Positions 1-16,169 of a DNA stretch of 64,000 bases are shown here, one piece after another. Position 1 is the first letter of the stretch. Every line of letters begins with the position of its first letter. Both the position numbers and the translations under genes were made by a program. The notes beneath the pieces are model-generated. The model had not been told where the DNA came from. It worked only from the letters and a program-made list of their open reading frames with translations, and searched no databases. Origin of the DNA: Eledone cirrhosa (lineage: Eukaryota); contig OZ024741.1 in NCBI GenBank assembly GCA_964016885.1, positions 387,190,001-387,254,000 of the forward strand, given 5' to 3'.

Positions 1-2562
1 AGGAAGAGCGATTAGAGTCGTACAATATAGAGGAACAGTGGGAATTCCTGAAAGCTAACCTGCTGAAGGCGGCAGATGAAGTCTGTGGCAGGAGCAGGCC
101 CATAGGCAGGAGGAGAGTAACGTGGTGGTGGAACAGTAAGGTGGAGGAGTCAATCAAGGCCAAAAAGCAGGCTTGGAAAGTATGGCGGGATGAGGGAAGT
201 AGAGAAGACTATCAAGTGGCCAGGAGGGAAGCTAGGAGACAAGTGTACTTCGCAAGAAGGGAAGCAGAGGAAAGATAGTTCAAGCATGTTCTACAACGCG
301 AGGACCAAAAACGTGAGGTGTTCAGGATTGCTAGGCAATGTGCCAAGGAAAACCATGATATTGTCGGGGAGAAGTGTGTCCTTAATGATGATGGTGTACT
401 TGCCATCACTGATGCTGATAACAAGGTAGCTTGGAAGTGTCACTACGAGAGACTTCTAAATGAGGAGAATAAATGGGAAAAAGTCTGCCTCAGATCGATC
501 CAATATATGGACCAGCAGTGCAAGTTAAAGGTAGTATAAGTAAGGCAATCAAAGATATGAAGATGGGTAAGGCGGCTGGGCCTTCGGAAATAGTTGCTGA
601 AATACTGAAAGCATCTGGAACGGTGGGACACACTATGGTCACCCGGATAGTAAACCAAGTCATACGGAATGGGGTCATTCTGAAGGACTGGCGTAGCAGC
701 AGCATCATTAACTGCTACAAGGGTAAAGGAGATGCCCTAGATAGGGGTAACTATAGAGGCATTAAATTAATCGACCAGGTCATGAAGGTCACAGAAAAAG
801 TAATAGCTCAACTAATCAGAGAGCGAATTGATCTAGATGAAATGCAGTTCGGGTTTGTGTCAGGTAAAAGTACCACAGATGCTCTTTTCATTGTACGACA
901 ACTACAGGAGAAGTACCTAGCTAAAAGTAAACCCCTATACTTAGCTTTTGTTGACTTGGAGAAAGCCTTTGACAGAGTCCCCCGCTCCATTATCTGGTGG
1001 GCTCTTAGAAAACTAGGTGTTGATGAATGGCTTGTGAGAGATACACAAGCCATGTATAAAGAAACAGTCAGCAAGGTTAGAATTAACAACGAATATAGTG
1101 AAGAGTTTAGCGTAAAAGTTGGTGTTCATCAGGGCTCCGTCCTTAGCCCCTCCTATTTATTATTGCCCTTCAGGCTATAACAGAGGAGTTCAAGACCGGC
1201 TGACCATGATAACTCCTATACGCAAATCATCTAATGCTCATAGCTGAATCAATGGCCGAACTAGAGAAGAAATTCCAAACATGGAAGCATGGCCTAGATC
1301 AAAAGGCCTTAAAATTAACCTGTCTAAGACTAAAGTTCTAGTTTGTAGGAAGGAAAATAGGGCAGCAGTCCCATCTGGGAAATGGCCATGCTCAGTGTGT
1401 AGGAAAGGAGTAGGCAGAAACTCCATTTTATGTCCCAAATGCAAAGTATGGGTGCATAAAAGATGTAATGGGATCACAGGTAAGCTAACTAAGAATATAG
1501 ATTTTATATGTGGCCAGTGCTCTGGTGCAATAAGTAGCAGCAAGTGCCCACCGAATACTAGCTCATTCCATTGCACAGATGGTTCTATAGAAATAGTGGA
1601 CAGCTTCCGTTACCTGGGTGACAAAATCAGCAGTGGTGGAGGGTGCTCTGAAAGTACAGTAGCTAGAGTCAGAACGGGATGGAAAAAGTTCAGAGAGCTT
1701 ATACCACTATTGGCCGCTAAAGGGTTCTCTCTAAAAATGAAAGGCAGGCTGTATGATGCCTACATACGAACAGCAATGTTACATAGCAGTGAGACCTGGG
1801 CATTGTGTGCAGAGGATATACGCAGACTGGAGAGGAACGAAGCTTGCATGCTCCGCTGGATGTGTAATAGTAATATACGTGAACGGCAAAGCATAAACAA
1901 ACTAAGAGAGAAATTAGGAATAAGAGGAATCAGATGCTGTTTACTCAAGAGAAGACTAAGTTGGTACGGTCACGTGATGCGCATAAAAGACGACAGCTGT
2001 ATAAAAAAGTGTAGGGCGATAAAAATAGACGGTAGCCACGGAGTAGGCAGACCCAGAAAAACCTGGGACGACTTGTAAAAACCGACCTCACACACTTACA
2101 CCTCTCCAAGACAATGTCACTGGACCGAGATATTTGGCGCTACACAGTAATACAGAAGACCCGCCTTGCCTAAGTACAAAGCGAAACCTAGTCAGTAGGC
2201 ACCTCTAACAAAAATACACCCCCGTCTCACTACTCCCACCCCATCCACACCACCCCTTCCAATGTAAAGTTATGTTGGTACCACAACATCCAGTCCGAAA
2301 CAAATGAGGTCGTGTGTCACGACAAAAAAATACACAGTCCAGGCTGTAATGTGGCCGTGTAGGTAACACGGCAAAAACCTCCCAGTCCACACTGTAAATG
2401 TGGTTGGTGTTAGGAAGGGCATCCAGTCATAGAAAACCCGCCAGACAGTCCTATACGAGCAAGACAACCAATCTTGCCTCAAGTGGGAAAATTCCCGTCC
2501 AAACCCATGCTAGCGTGGAAGATGGACGTTAAACGATGATGATGATGATGATGATGATAATG
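1..2562 (+). mobile_element. RTE-clade LINE, subfamily A, degenerate (cut by the window edge)
   Basis: RT motifs [10 protein letters not shown] and [10 protein letters not shown] broken by stops and frameshifts; 3' UTR ends in (GAT)n. Confidence 0.9.
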
Positions 2563-2599
2563 AAAGGATTAAATTTAAAAAATCAAACAATTAACCAAC

Positions 2600-2845
2600 C
2601 TCGTATGCAAGTTTTGCCGTCAGTTGAAGGTTGGTGATCTGTGTTGCACATGCATCTATAATCATTGCATTTATGTGCAATACATGATGCATCCTCGGGA
2701 CAGTTTGTATCTTCCTTGCATTTCTCATTGATTTTAACTGTCTGTTGTGTAGTAGCATCACGTTTAAATCTGTTGAGTTCAACATTACTGGTATCTTCCA
2801 TTGATGACAAAGACAAGTTTGTGACTAGAATTCCCTGGCATATAT
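2600..2845 (-). CDS. Host gene exon 9, type-A module (gene continues beyond the window)
   Basis: atgacag| ... |gttggt, 246 nt, phase 1-1; NICQG...CKEDTNCPEDASCIAHKCNDYRCMCNTDHQPSTDGKTCIR; no stop codon. Confidence 0.8.
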
Positions 2846-3082
2846 CTGTCATAATAATAATAGAAAAAGTTAAAGACTTTCTGAAGTTTGGAATCTCATC
2901 AAGCTGACACTTATCCCGATTTCATTGGTGTTAAGTGGCTAAGAGTACAAGGCTTCCTCTGGATAGAATGCCAGTCCATCATAGAGTTAACTCTCATCTT
3001 CTGCTGCTGGTATTCATTTTAATCGACTTTACCCTCCCCTAAAAATTGTTGGCCTTCTACCTAAATCAGAAGCCATTATTAT

Positions 3083-3270
3083 TGGATTGGCAGTATCAGT
3101 AGAAGGTCGGACGCCATGCTTTCCAGCATAGTTACGTCCCTTTACGGTCTGAGTTCAAATCCCGCCAAGGTTAACTTTGCCTTTCATCCTTACGGGGTCG
3201 ATAAAATAAAGTACCAGTAATGTACTGGGTAATTGATGGCCTTGTGCCAAAAGTAGAAACAATTATTATT
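3083..3270 (+). mobile_element. ~190-bp SINE-like dispersed repeat, second family (other copies near 3545, 20617-, 30720, 35633, 41712, 41940, 42790, 48430-, 50930-, 51130-, 53118-)
   Basis: Recurrent ctgagttcaaatcccgcc.aggttaactttgcctttcatccttacggggtcgataaaataaagtaccagt with a box-B-like motif and (ATT)n tail. Confidence 0.7.
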
Positions 3271-3809
3271 AATAGTTTTACACAATCAATATTATAACTG
3301 CTGAATCTTCTACAGCTTGTCAAGGAGCTTAGACGGACAACACTTTTCAGTGTCCAACTAGGCAGTCTTTTGTAATAGAGCAATTTGTACTTCAAGGTCA
3401 AGATATTCTCTCAGTTTTAATAGTAGCCCAAAGCTCTTATGATAACTAGAATTATCTCGATGTTGTGATGTGCTAATGATAATACTCATGCAATTTTGAT
3501 GTTGAAGATACTATATTTCATTGTTGTTACAGCAGTGTATTAGCAGAATTGTTTGAGTGGCGGACAACATGCTTTGTGGCATATAGTTATGTTCTGAGCT
3601 CAAATCTTCACAAGATTATCTTCGTTTTTTATCCCTATGAGGTCAATAAAATAAAGTACCTGTAATGCATTGAGGTTGATTTAATCAACTTGCTCCTCCC
3701 CAAAATTTCTGGCCTTGTGCCTAAATCAGAAACCATTATTATTATTATTACTATTATTATGAATTTGATATTTTATTTAACTAGAAAATGTGCCTAATCA
3801 ACATTAAGC

Positions 3810-4425
3810 CGCTACCTGCAGCCTCAGATATTCACAACGTATCAGAGAATCCTTGCTGTTCTCAGTAGGCATACCTTTTGAAGTGTTCTAAAAAAGGAAG
3901 CTGGGCTAATGTTCTTTAAACAGCCTTGGAAACTCTTTGAGATAGTACCTAGTGCTCCTATGATGATGGGAATGACCTTGATCTTATGACAGTTCCAAAC
4001 TCTTTTCAGTTCCTGCATTAAATCCTGGTACCAGTTAATTTTCTTCTCCTTTACTTGTACTCTCGTGTTAAAGGAGAAAGTTACATCTATAATCAAGCAA
4101 GATCTTTTTTCCTTGTCAAAAACCACCAGGTCTAGTTCTTTATCTGTTTGTGTCCTGAAATCCCACAGCACTTTCACCTCATCATTATTCTGGTTTATGC
4201 TCATACCATTTCTCAGAATGACGTAAATTGTTCAGTTTGTATAAATGCCAGTGGATCACTTTTCCTATATCATGCCTCCATCCTTTATAATGAATCTGGG
4301 CTAGATGTTTACACTTAGATACAATGTGAGTTGCAGTTTCCTCTCTCACTCCACAGATCCTACAGAGTGAGTTAGCCTCCTCCTTGTCAATATGATGTTT
4401 CATCCACTTTGTTCTAAGGGCTTAT
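3810..4425 (-). mobile_element. Dong/R4-like non-LTR 3' fragment (REL endonuclease)
   Basis: CRICGVREETATHIVSKC zinc knuckle, WRHD, VLWDF, IIDV, IPIIIGALG, LQK..LLRTARIL; flanked by (TAA)n. Confidence 0.75.
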
Positions 4426-4499
4426 TATTATTATCATTGTATTATTTCGTTTAGCTCAGTTCTGTTTCTCTATTGCTGGGTTCAGCATTGAACCTAGGG

Positions 4500-4780
4500 C
4501 AAAAGATGTCTTTGTTGTAGAGAGAGAACTCATCTGAGAATGTGTGCTGTTCCTAGTAGTCCGATCTTCTGTAGCTCATATTTGTTGTTCTTGCAAGGAA
4601 GAACGCTAAGATGCAGGTCTGAGGATTTGGGTATTAATCCTAATGTTCCTACTACAACAGGGATAGTATTTGTGGTCATCCTCCACATGCGGTTGATCTC
4701 TATTTCCAGGTCTTTGTATTTTGACAGTTTATCCATTGTTTTTATAGATGTATTCTTGTCAGCTGGTACGGAAATATCTA
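4500..4780 (-). mobile_element. Dong/R4-like non-LTR 3' fragment
   Basis: IDISVPAD..KLSKYKDLEIEINRMW..IPVVVGTLG..LQKIGLLGTAHILR. Confidence 0.7.
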
Positions 4781-5009
4781 TAAGGCTAAACCCAGGGGTA
4801 GATCCCGAACAAGATGGTTGATAACATCCATAAGCTTGGCTGGTCTCACTTGGGGATCCAGCCAAATCAGTTGGAGATGTTTGTTTCTGACAGGACCTGC
4901 AGGAAGGAGTGTTTGAGGACTCTGCCCCCATGACCTTCTCAGGAATAAGTGAGCGAAGAAGTAGAGCTGGAGGAGAGATGTATAGAAGAAGAAGATTATT
5001 ATTATTATT

Positions 5010-6162
5010 TTGCTGTCAACATCCGCTATGTGGAGGGCTGGGTATGCCGTGGCTGATGATGCGCAGACACGCGCTCAGGCTACGACATCTCTACCTCTTC
5101 CTCGACGGTGATCAGGTGTGGTCGCCGTTTGCTAGACGCGTCTTTCCACAGCTCATCTCCTTGACGGAGCTGCAGTCCTGGGTCAAGCGAAGACCGAGAG
5201 GGAGCGCTTGGAGACTGGAATGTCTTCAGGCACTCACAGCCCTCGACCAATTGGGCAATGTGATCAGTGGAAACTCCACCTTGGCGTTCTATAGAGGATT
5301 AGTGGAGGGGAAGAGCGACGACGTACTTGGGGAAACTCTAGGCGTCAACGAAAATCAACTAGCCAATCTCTTTGGAAGAACTTTCGGGTCGGGGCCTATG
5401 GACAACTTCCACAAATCCCTGGCCTGGCAGTGCTACCGAGGAGCTTTGCCAGTTCGGGATAAACTCTACAGGCATGGAGGTGCCGTCAGCCGGACATGTC
5501 CGAGATGCGTGCAGGGCGACGAAACTGTCCTGCATGCACTCGTCCAGTGTCCGAGCATTGCTGACTTGTGGGTTTATGTCGAACACCTGCTGTCGCGTGT
5601 AGAACGGATCCGACTATCAGCTAAGTCCATCTTGAGGATTGCCTCGCCCTCTTCCTTTAGCCGGGAAGAGCAAGCAGTTTTTATCTGTCTGGTGGCCATG
5701 GCGAAAGAGATAGTATGGTGGACACATCTGAAAGGGCTGAAGACGTGCACTTACCTCTTCGGTGATGGCCTGATTAACTTTTTCAAATTTCATTTGAAAA
5801 GGAAAATCAGGGTAGAGAGGGAGGTGCTCTCTTCCCAGCATTTTGTTGAAAGATGGGTGAGAGAGGCAAGAATGGCCCGAGTGAATGGACCTACTCTGAG
5901 TATATGCCTGTAAATTGAAGGTGGAAAACTGGGAGAGGACAATTGCCCTGGTGGTCAGGGTCACTGTGGCTTTTTTAATGGGCTTTCTCCACGATGGCCC
6001 TCGGAAGTCTCCCCCCTATGGGGGAATTTTTTCATTGTTCTATTATTACATCCTGTTTTTTTTGTTTTTTACACGCAGAAATGCCTATTTGTACCGTCCT
6101 GTATTGTCCTGTACTGTCCTTAATGTCTACTTTGTGTAAACCCTTGTGGTTAATAAAGAAAG

Positions 6163-6211
<49 letters not shown>
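5010..6211 (+). mobile_element. Tx1/L1-clade LINE, 5'-truncated 3' end
   Basis: ORF2 C-terminus with zf-RVT motif LPVRDKL..TCPRCVQGDETVLHALVQCP; AATAAA followed by (TTA)n; (ATT)n on the 5' side as well. Confidence 0.8.
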
Positions 6212-6329
6212 GCATTTATCTGGCTTTATGTTCATACAAGTTATCACCAAGTCACAACCAGTGACCCCAAGAGACAACAAAGTCCGCCATGTTCAAGAAA
6301 GAATATACATACACACACACATGCATCTT

Positions 6330-6566
6330 TACGTGTTTAGACTTGTGATGTACTTATATTGACAGAATCTTCCTTAGTTTATGGGCAGTTCCCATTAGTA
6401 CTATTTTTTGTATTTCTTCTATACGCAGGTTTCCTGGAATTTGGGATAAGTAATCCTTAGACCCCTTAGGTATCATTCCTAGAGCGCCTACAACCACAGG
6501 TATTGTTTTAGTTCTCAACTTACACATTTTTCCAATTTCTATCTCCAGATCTTTATACTTGCTCAA

Positions 6567-6570
<4 letters not shown>
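6330..6570 (-). mobile_element. Dong/R4-like non-LTR 3' fragment
   Basis: SKYKDLEIEIGKM..IPVVVGALG..IQKIVLMGTAHKLRKIL, abutting (TAA)n. Confidence 0.7.
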
Positions 6571-6619
<49 letters not shown>

Positions 6620-6621
<2 letters not shown>

Positions 6622-6780
6622 GTCCTTTTTTTTTCTTTTCTTATATAAATAATAAAAATATTTACACGCACAAAACCCACATCGTACCGTCCTGTGCCGT
6701 CTGTAATGTTTTTCTTGATGTCAGCCCTTGTGGCCAATAAAGAAATCATTATTATTATTATTATCATCATTATTATTATT
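6620..6780 (+). mobile_element. Short Tx1-like 3' UTR fragment
   Basis: Similar to 6040-6170 (tacacgca..gtaccgtcctgt..cccttgtgg..aataaagaaa) followed by (TTA)n. Confidence 0.55.
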
Positions 6781-6801
6781 AACTTGTAAAAGATACATTA
6801 C

Positions 6802-7104
6802 TTAATGAAAAATTTTTCTTGATGCAGCTAAACATCAACTCAGGAAAAGCCTGACTTTCTTGGGCAGTTTTCTCGCGGAAGTTTTCTTGGCACTGACATG
6901 TCCCATTAATACACTCAGTGTCAGGGTAAGTACATGGATTGGTAGCATTGCAAGAGTCTCCATAGACAACAGTTCCAGAATACTTGCAATACATATCACT
7001 GACTGAAAAAAAGTTCTCTTTACATACACATTGACCAGAAGTACACACGGAAAATTCATTAGGACAGTTTAGGTCTTTGTCACATGGCTCTCCAAGCTTG
7101 GACA
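6802..7104 (-). CDS. Host gene exon 8, type-B (two EB-like modules)
   Basis: tctttctag| ... |gtaatg, 303 nt, phase 1-1; LSKLGEPCDKDLNCPNEFSVCTSGQCVC...CNATNPCTYPDTECINGTCQC...SCIKKNFSL. Confidence 0.88.
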
Positions 7105-7159
7105 CTAGAAAGACAAGATATTAAACACATTTTATTTCTTTATCTATATATGTGTATAT

Positions 7160-8637
7160 GGTAGTAATGGTGTTGGTGGTGGTGGTGGTGGTGATAGTGA
7201 TGGTGGTGGGCGGTTATGGAGAGAGGGGGTCGTGGTGGTCGTGGTAGTGCTGGTGGTTGTGGTGGTGTTTGGTTGTGGCAGGGGTGAAGGTGGTGCTGGT
7301 GCTGGTGCTGGTGGTGCTGGTGGTGCTGGTGCTGCTTGTTGAGGTGGTGGTGGTGGTGGTGATGCTGATGGTGATGGTGGTGGTGCTGGTGGTGGTGATG
7401 GTGATGGTGATGGAGGTGATGATGGTGAGGGTGATGGTGGTGGAGATGATGGTAGTAATGGTGGTGATGGTGGTGATTGTGATGCTGATGATGGTGATGG
7501 TAATAGTGATGGTGGTGATGGTGGTGGTGGTGATGCTGATGCTGATGGTGATGATAGTGGTGATGGTGATGGCAATGGTGATGGTGGTGATGGTGGTGGT
7601 GGTGATGGTGGTGATGGTCATGGTAATGGTGATGGTAATGGTGAGGGTGGTAATGGTGAGGGTGGTGATGGTGATGGTAATGGTCATGGTGGTGGTGGTG
7701 GTGATGGTGATGGTGGTGATGGTGGTGGTGGTGATGGTGGTGGTGGTGATGGTGATGGTGGTCATGGTAATGGTGATGGTAATGGTGATGGTGGTGGTGG
7801 TGGTGGTGGTGGTGGTGATGGTGGTGATGGTCATGGTAATGGTGATGGTGGTGATGGTGGTGGTGATGGTGGTCATGGTAATGGTGATGGTGGTGATGGT
7901 GGTGGTGGTGATGGTGGTGATGGTGGTGGTGGTGGTGGTGGTGGCGGTGATGGTGGTGATGGTGGTGGTGATGGTGGTGGTGATGGTGGTGACGGTGGTG
8001 ATGGTGATGGTGGTGGTGGTGGTGATGGTGGTGATGGTGGTGATGGTGGTGATGGTGGTGGTGGTGGTGATGGTGATGGTGGTGGTGGTGATGGTGGTGA
8101 TGGTGGTGATGGTGGTGGTGGTGATGGTGGTGATGGTGGTGATGGTGATGGTGGTGGTGGTGATGGTGGTGATGGTGATGATGGTGGTGATGGTGATGGT
8201 GGTGATGGTGGTGGTGACGGTGGTGATGATGGTGATGGTGGAGGTGATGGTGGTGGTGATAGTGGTGATGGTGGTGGTGATAGTGGTGATGGTGATGGTG
8301 GTGATGGTGGTGGTGATGGTGATGGTGGTGATGATGGTGATGGTGGAGGTGATGGTGGAGGTGATGGTGGTGATGGTGATGGTGATGGTGGTGATGGTGG
8401 TGGTGATGGTGATGGTGGTGATGATGGTGATGGTGGAGGTGATGGTGGAGGTGATGGTGGTGGTGATGGTGGTGGTGATGGTGGTGGTGATGGTGGTGAT
8501 GGTGGTGGTGATGGTGGTGGTGATAGTGGTGATGGTGGTGGTGGTGATAGTGGTGATGGTGGTGATGGTGGTGATGGTGGTGATGGTGGTGATGGTGGTG
8601 ATGGTGATGGTGGTGATGGTGATGGTAATGCTGATGA
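7160..8637. repeat. ~1.5-kb mixed (GGT/GAT)n trinucleotide tract
   Basis: Directly visible; fills almost the whole intron 7105-8646. Confidence 0.97.
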
Positions 8638-8646
8638 TTCACTCAC

Positions 8647-8856
8647 ACTTCACACAAGTTGTTCTATCGGGTGACTGTCGGTATCCTTCAGAACAGATAC
8701 AAATGAAAAGGTCACAACTTCGAGGTTGACATTCAGCAAAGAAAGGACAATCTTCATTGCTACTACATGTCTCTTCAAGGCTTGTGTTTCCAGAACTTTC
8801 ATAGCGGGAACCATTTAATCCTTTTGGTATTGGAATCTCAACATGGTTGCATTCAT
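8647..8856 (-). CDS. Host gene exon 7, type-A module
   Basis: atcctcag| ... |gtgagt, 210 nt, phase 1-1; DECNHVEIP...CSSNEDCPFFAECQPRSCDLFICICSEGYRQSPDRTTCVK. Confidence 0.85.
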
Positions 8857-10227
8857 CTGAGGATAACAAAATGAGACATTAAAATTCTACTTGAAATATT
8901 AGTAACTGCACATACACATACACATACATACATATACGTACATGCATACATCCATACTTACATACATACACATGCATACATGCATATTTACATACATGTA
9001 TACTTTCATTCATACAAACATATGTAGTGAGTAGCGACATCTGTACTTGGGGAACAAAACTAATTGGAGTTACTTCCCCGTGGCCAGAATATACGGGAGT
9101 GTTCTGATGCCTCTCTCTCTCGGTCCAGCTTTTCCAAACAGCACACATCTGCAGGGGACCTCTACCATAAGGCTCAGCTCAGATGTTTTTCAATCCTTCT
9201 CATAAGGATTAACAATAACTAGTAACAGGTATGTTCTTTAATCATTGAAACACACACACAAGCACACGAATAAAGAGTAAAACTACTTTTATACACTGTT
9301 GAGAAAACTTATCGTTGTTATTATTATCATCCTTCAATTATTACTTCGAATGTAGAGAGATAATTCTTTCAGATTAAATTAGTGGTTGGCATGCAGTGGT
9401 GTTTACTGGAGTAAATAACCCTATGACCAATTCACTAAACATACAGACATGATGAATGCTGAAACTTGATTTTGAGTAATGCCATCGCTTGATACTTAAG
9501 CAAGAGCATTACGGGCGTGGCTTTTTAGTCCTGCTAGGGACTTGCCTATGGCCAGCAATGCCATGCATCACAAAAGATGTCACATATCAAGCGATGCCTG
9601 TGCTTGAAGCGTTTTTAAGTGAGGAAAGGCTTTGCACAGCATCAATCTCATTCTCTGAACATCGAATGCATTTACCCAAAAAGAAGAACTGGTCTACATC
9701 ATTGGATGCAAATGAAGTTTCAGATTTTATATCAGAGTGACCTTCTCATACATATATACATACATACATACATACTTACATGATACATACATGCATACAT
9801 GATGGCTGCAACTCAATTTCCATTAATGCTATCACTTGATACTTAAGAAGATATCAGTTATCAAGCGATGCCTGTGCTTGAAACGTTTTAAGTGAGGAAA
9901 GGCTTTGCACAAAGCCAATATTACTTTCTGAACATCAAATGCATTTACCCCCAAAATAGATAGGGTCTATATAATTGGATGCAAACAAAGTCACAGAGTG
10001 ACCTTCTCTTAGAGAGATGTCTTAATAAACACTAGAGGTCTCTCACTCCACTGTCCCACCTCAAAAGATCTTTTAATTATTGAATGGCCATTGACTTTCC
10101 TGAGTTCCTCTGCCCTTTGATGGTTTTGTTTTTCATCCCGCAGGGTGTCCAAAATATATATATATATGAAATCATATATATATATATATATGAAAGTATT
10201 CCTTTCATATATATATGTAAATATAAT

Positions 10228-10467
10228 ATAATATTAAATTCAATACTATAATGAAGACATAACATGGAGAAATGCAGGAACACATGTTTTGTTGTGTGAA
10301 CTCAACTTTTTCGATATTAATAAGTTGAGTTCACTCAACAAAACACGTCTTCCTGCATTTCTCCATGTTATGTCTTTGTTGTAGTACTGAATTTAATATT
10401 ATATTAAAAACTCATCCCATGGACTGAGAGCTCTACACCTTGGATACGTTTACCAAACCATTACTAC
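10228..10467. repeat. Imperfect fold-back insertion (arms 10228-10308 and 10322-10402, plus a right-side extension) between (TA)n tracts
   Basis: ...ggagaaatgcaggaacacatgttttgttgtgtgaactcaactt pairs with aagttgagttcactcaacaaaacacgtcttcctgcatttctcc...; 13-nt spacer. Confidence 0.8.
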
Positions 10468-10481
10468 TATATATATATATA

Positions 10482-11113
10482 TTGGACGCTATGGAGTGGG
10501 AAGACCTAGGATAACTTGGGATGAGGTAATAAAACCTGACCTTGCACAATTGCACCTCTCAAAAGTGATGACACAAGATTGCGATCTCTGGTGCTATGCA
10601 GTAATACAGAAGACCCACCTTCCCATATGCAGGGGCTGAGGCATACATCTAGTATATGTCACCTTCCCTTTGTAATCACCTCACCCACGTCCTAATACCC
10701 TACCCCTAGATCTATCTCCCCAATTCCCAATATATCTCCCCCCACACAAAACCCCAATCCACACTATAAAGTAGTCATCTTGGTGCCACAACAACGAGCA
10801 CTCAGTCCACACTATAAAGTAGTCATGTAGGTGTCACAACAAAAAGCACCCAGTCCACATTGCAAAGTGGTCGTCTAGGTGTCACAACAAAAAGTGTCCA
10901 GTCTACACTGTAAAGTAGTCATGTAGGTTTCATGACAAAAAGCACCCAGTACACACTGTTAATGTGGTTGGCGTTAGGAAGGGCATCCAGCTATAGAAAT
11001 CAAGCCAAAATCAGTTCTGTGTGGGCAAAACATGGTCCTCTGGCCAGGCTAGTCTCACAACTGGATAGCTCATCTAACCCATGCTCGTGTGGAAAATGGA
11101 CATTAAATGATGA
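10482..11113 (+). mobile_element. RTE LINE 3' end with an expanded ~43-bp UTR repeat
   Basis: Encodes the GVGRPRITWDEVI C-terminus; several cagtccacactgtaaagtagtc-type units; taggaagggcatccagc motif. Confidence 0.75.
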
Positions 11114-11537
11114 GATATATAGAGAATTAAGGTGTTTGCTCCAGTATGTGTATTTTGTATATCTAATGATAACAGCTTCCAAAATTCATAGCTAAAGGCT
11201 TTCAAATGTTTATTCATAAACATTCCATATATCATTAGATATACAAAATACTCATAGTTACATACATATGTATATGAAGTATTTCCGTAGGAAGGGTAAA
11301 GGAAAGGAGAGTGCTCTCTGTATGCTACAGAGCTATTTAATTATATATAAATAAATATATATATATATGTGCATGTGTGTGTGTGTGATGATAATGAAGA
11401 TGTATATGCTCGATTATTATTGGTGTTGTTGTTATTACATTTTTTCCCCAATAAAACATCCCAAAATTAATTTCAGTCCATTCATTTTTTTAGGAAATTT
11501 ATTTTAGTAAAATTAGTGAAAAATGGTTTAAACTTAC

Positions 11538-11840
11538 CCAGAGAAAACCCTACTTCAATACAGCTCCAAATTTCATTAGGATAGGCAAAAACTTCTTGTT
11601 TTGTTTTGGGATGTAACCCTGATATGCACGAACAAACTCCATTCCTACAGCTGGTATCAGGAATGGCACAAGCTGTTGTGCTGTTGCATTGATAACCATA
11701 CAATGATGTTCCAGGAACACTACAGTGAATGTTGTCAACTATTTCCAGACCATCTGCACATCTGCAGCGACCATTGACACAAAAGGAAAACTCTCCTGGA
11801 CATTGTTCATTTATATAACATGTCTCAGAAAGTCTTGATT
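11538..11840 (-). CDS. Host gene exon 6, type-B (two EB-like modules)
   Basis: tttttttcag| ... |gtaagt, 303 nt, phase 1-1; KSRLSETCYINEQCPGEFSFCVNGRCRC...CNSTTACAIPDTSCRNGVCSC...SCIEVGFSL. Confidence 0.88.
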
Positions 11841-11939
11841 CTGAAAAAAAGTTTTTTAAATGGATTGCTGATATTTATTGTGGATCATTTCTTTGTTAAA
11901 TCAACCTCTAGCAGCTAACTAATCTCAAGCCAATATTAA

Positions 11940-14202
<2,263 letters not shown>

Positions 14203-14207
14203 TATAC

Positions 14208-16169
<1,962 letters not shown>

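Noticed and set aside
7140-8729. Poly-His, poly-Pro/Ser, poly-Thr and poly-Val ORFs of up to 500 aa
   Set aside because: Artefacts of a stop-free trinucleotide tract inside a GT-AG intron.
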